DNA of 64,000 nt from a virus (lineage: Duplodnaviria > Caudoviricetes), in IMG/VR virus record IMGVR_UViG_3300020045_015293, positions 24,641 to 88,640 of that record; one strand, written 5' to 3'. This document shows positions 62,033-64,000 of this stretch, one piece after another (the stretch's first letter is position 1; the number at the start of each line of letters is the position of its first letter). Under the pieces are notes generated by a model. The model saw only the letters and a program-made list of their open reading frames with translations. It searched no databases and was not told where the DNA came from. A program made the translations under genes and the position numbers.

Positions 62033-62439
62033 TGCCAATTCAAGTACCTAAAAAAATAAATGTTCAAGATTTAAATCAAAATATTGGAATTGGTGTATCT
62101 CTACCTTTTAATGGTCCTGGAGTATTTGTAACAACATATACAACAAGAGATCAAATTAGGTCAAATATAATTAATTTTTTATTAACAAATAGAAGAGAAA
62201 GAGTATTTAATCCAAATTTTGGTGCTAATTTAAGAGAATTATTATTTTCTCAAATTGATGATTTAGATACTATGAAACAAATTATATTAGATAAATTAGC
62301 ATTTTATTTTGGTAATTTATTAATTTCAGAAATAACAATTGAACCAGATGCAGATAATAATACAATTAGAATTCATTTAGTATTTACTATAAATGGCAAC
62401 TTAGAAACAGTTGACTCAGTACAAATTAATATAGCATGA
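62032..62439 (+). CDS. baseplate wedge subunit, T4 gp25-like
   Basis: QIRSNIINFLLT...ER.FNP.FG..L..LLF. Confidence 0.9.
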   Translation: MPIQVPKKINVQDLNQNIGIGVSLPFNGPGVFVTTYTTRDQIRSNIINFLLTNRRERVFNPNFGANLRELLFSQIDDLDTMKQIILDKLAFYFGNLLISEITIEPDADNNTIRIHLVFTINGNLETVDSVQINIA

Positions 62440-63200
62440 TTAGGTTAATTGATATATTAAATGAAATTAAAGTTATTAGTAAAATTACTCCTGAAATGAT
62501 TATAAATATGTGGAATGATGTTTGTATTAAATATAATTCTAAACAATATTTAGTTGATTTTGAAAGTAAATGGAAGAATAAATATCTTAATAGAAGAGAC
62601 ATATCTTTATTAAATGGGAATGGGGAAGAAATATTAAAAAATCTATCATCTAATAGATTAAATAATATGTATGCTGATTTATTGAATTTTACTCAAAAAT
62701 ATCCTTTAAATGAAATAAAAATTATTAAACCTACTACTCCACTTATAATAGGAAATAAAAAAATAAATCCTTCTACATCTATTCCCGGTGAACAACCAAA
62801 TCAAATCCAAACACATTCATGGGAAGATGGTAAAAATTTATTAAGTAGTACTACTAAAAAAAATACTGAGCGATTATTTATAGAAATTTTAGGTATAACT
62901 CCTAAATGGGTTAAAATAGAAATATCACCTAAAACTATGGATAAAATAAATAGAAGAGACCCTAATGATAATAGAACTTTTCCACCTAGAAAATCATTTT
63001 ATATATATGGAGAATATAATGAAGAACCAATATTAATTGCAAGAAGAGAAACTTCTTCTCATTCAGCTGGTCAAACTAAATTATATTCAAAATATAAAGT
63101 ATTTCAATTAAGTAAAATTTTATATAATAAGGGTAATAAGTGGGAACCAAAACAAAGAGATAAAGAATATATATTAAAAGCACTAAAAATAAATGTCTAA
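62436..63200 (+). CDS. MIKL..L.E leader family protein
   Basis: MIRLIDILNEIKVISKITP; internal LNEIKII repeat. Confidence 0.55.
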   Translation: MIRLIDILNEIKVISKITPEMIINMWNDVCIKYNSKQYLVDFESKWKNKYLNRRDISLLNGNGEEILKNLSSNRLNNMYADLLNFTQKYPLNEIKIIKPTTPLIIGNKKINPSTSIPGEQPNQIQTHSWEDGKNLLSSTTKKNTERLFIEILGITPKWVKIEISPKTMDKINRRDPNDNRTFPPRKSFYIYGEYNEEPILIARRETSSHSAGQTKLYSKYKVFQLSKILYNKGNKWEPKQRDKEYILKALKINV

Positions 63201-64000
63201 AGAAATTCGCTATATAAATAAAGACTTTAATAGTTTTAAAGCAAATCTAATTGATTTTGCTAAGTCTTACTTTCCCCAAAACTATAATGATTTTTCAGAA
63301 GCTACTCCTGGAATGATGTTTATAGATTTAGCATCATATATAGGAGATGTGTTGTCTTTTTACCAAGATACTCAAGTAGCAGAAACACAAGTATTAAATG
63401 CTAAAGAAAAATCTAATTTAATGGCTTTAGGATATGAAAGAGGATATAAACCCAAAGTAACATCTATATCAACTACATTAGTTGATTTATATCAATTAGT
63501 GCCTGCTATAAATGATATTACTAATTATTATCCTGATTTTAATTATGCTTTAACAATTAATTCAAATACTGTTTTAACTTCAAATCAAACAGGACAAACA
63601 TTTTTAACTCAAGACGGAGTTGATTTTTCATTTTCATCTTCATTAGATCCAACTGAAATATCTGTTTATCAAGTAGATGGTTCTAATAACCCTACTTATT
63701 ACTTATTAAAAAAGAAAGTTAGAGCAAATGCTGGTACAATACAAACTGAAACTTTTACTTTTGGTGCTCCTGAAAAATTCCCAAAAATTACTTTAAATAA
63801 TGATAATATTATTGGAATTTTAGATATAATAGATAGTGATGGTAATAAATGGTATGAAGTTCCATATTTGGCACAAGAAACAATATTTGAAGAAATTAAA
63901 AATATTAATTTAAATAATCCTAATTTTTCTCAATTTAATAATAGTGCTTTATATTTATTAAGATTGAAAAAAATACCAAGACGTTTTGTTACAAGATTTA
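63193..64000 (+). CDS. baseplate wedge subunit, T4 gp6-like (runs off the window end)
   Basis: MSKEIRYINKDFNSFKANLIDFAKSYFPQNYNDFSEATPGMMFIDLASYIGDVLSFYQD. Confidence 0.9.
   Translation, partial: MSKEIRYINKDFNSFKANLIDFAKSYFPQNYNDFSEATPGMMFIDLASYIGDVLSFYQDTQVAETQVLNAKEKSNLMALGYERGYKPKVTSISTTLVDLYQLVPAINDITNYYPDFNYALTINSNTVLTSNQTGQTFLTQDGVDFSFSSSLDPTEISVYQVDGSNNPTYYLLKKKVRANAGTIQTETFTFGAPEKFPKITLNNDNIIGILDIIDSDGNKWYEVPYLAQETIFEEIKNINLNNPNFSQFNNSALYLLRLKKIPRRFVTRF

Noticed and set aside
1-64000. Genome-wide TAG recoding (genetic code 15/16)
   Set aside because: Long genes are intact under code 11, gene density is normal and TAG still ends ORFs; I found only one clearly TAG-interrupted gene.
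1-64000. CRISPR array
   Set aside because: No regularly spaced direct repeats; repeats seen are two-copy or dispersed.

Overview
64 kb segment of a very AT-rich, large tailed (myovirus-like, jumbo-type) bacteriophage genome, almost entirely coded on the + strand. The host is probably Bacteroidota (inferred from TAnnTTTA -7-like promoter boxes and A-rich start contexts without Shine-Dalgarno). Layout: (i) 1-11 kb sugar-modification cluster (glycosyltransferases, SAM methyltransferases, NDP-sugar epimerase, transketolase subunit) with PP2C, metallophosphoesterase and GNAT genes; (ii) 11-17 kb ClpP-like, DksA/TraR, HD-domain (p)ppGpp hydrolase-like and a paralogous GC[QGE] family; (iii) 17.3-30.6 kb RNA island with about 30 tRNA/tRNA-like genes covering all 20 amino acids plus an amber (CUA) suppressor, a minimal RNase P RNA, a YrlA-like permuted tRNA mimic, boxA-like sites, attenuator-like leaders and many unassigned structured RNAs; (iv) 28.5-35.6 kb CYTH, NlpC/P60, Pth2-like, 2H phosphoesterase (Acb1-like), SprT-like, Ro60/TROVE and RNase H-like genes; (v) 36-55 kb small accessory ORFs; (vi) 56-64 kb HD protein, sigma-like factor and baseplate genes (gp5-like, gp25, gp6). 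Top observations: a Pth2-like peptidyl-tRNA hydrolase gene missing from the ORF track because it contains two in-frame TAG codons, 1.85 kb downstream of the amber suppressor tRNA in an otherwise standard-code genome; a four-copy ncRNA motif with covarying stems, one copy circularly permuted and ending in ACCA; a ~190-nt RNase P RNA; and leader-peptide/antiterminator/terminator units in the tRNA island. All assignments come from reading motifs by eye; no database searches or folding programs were run.
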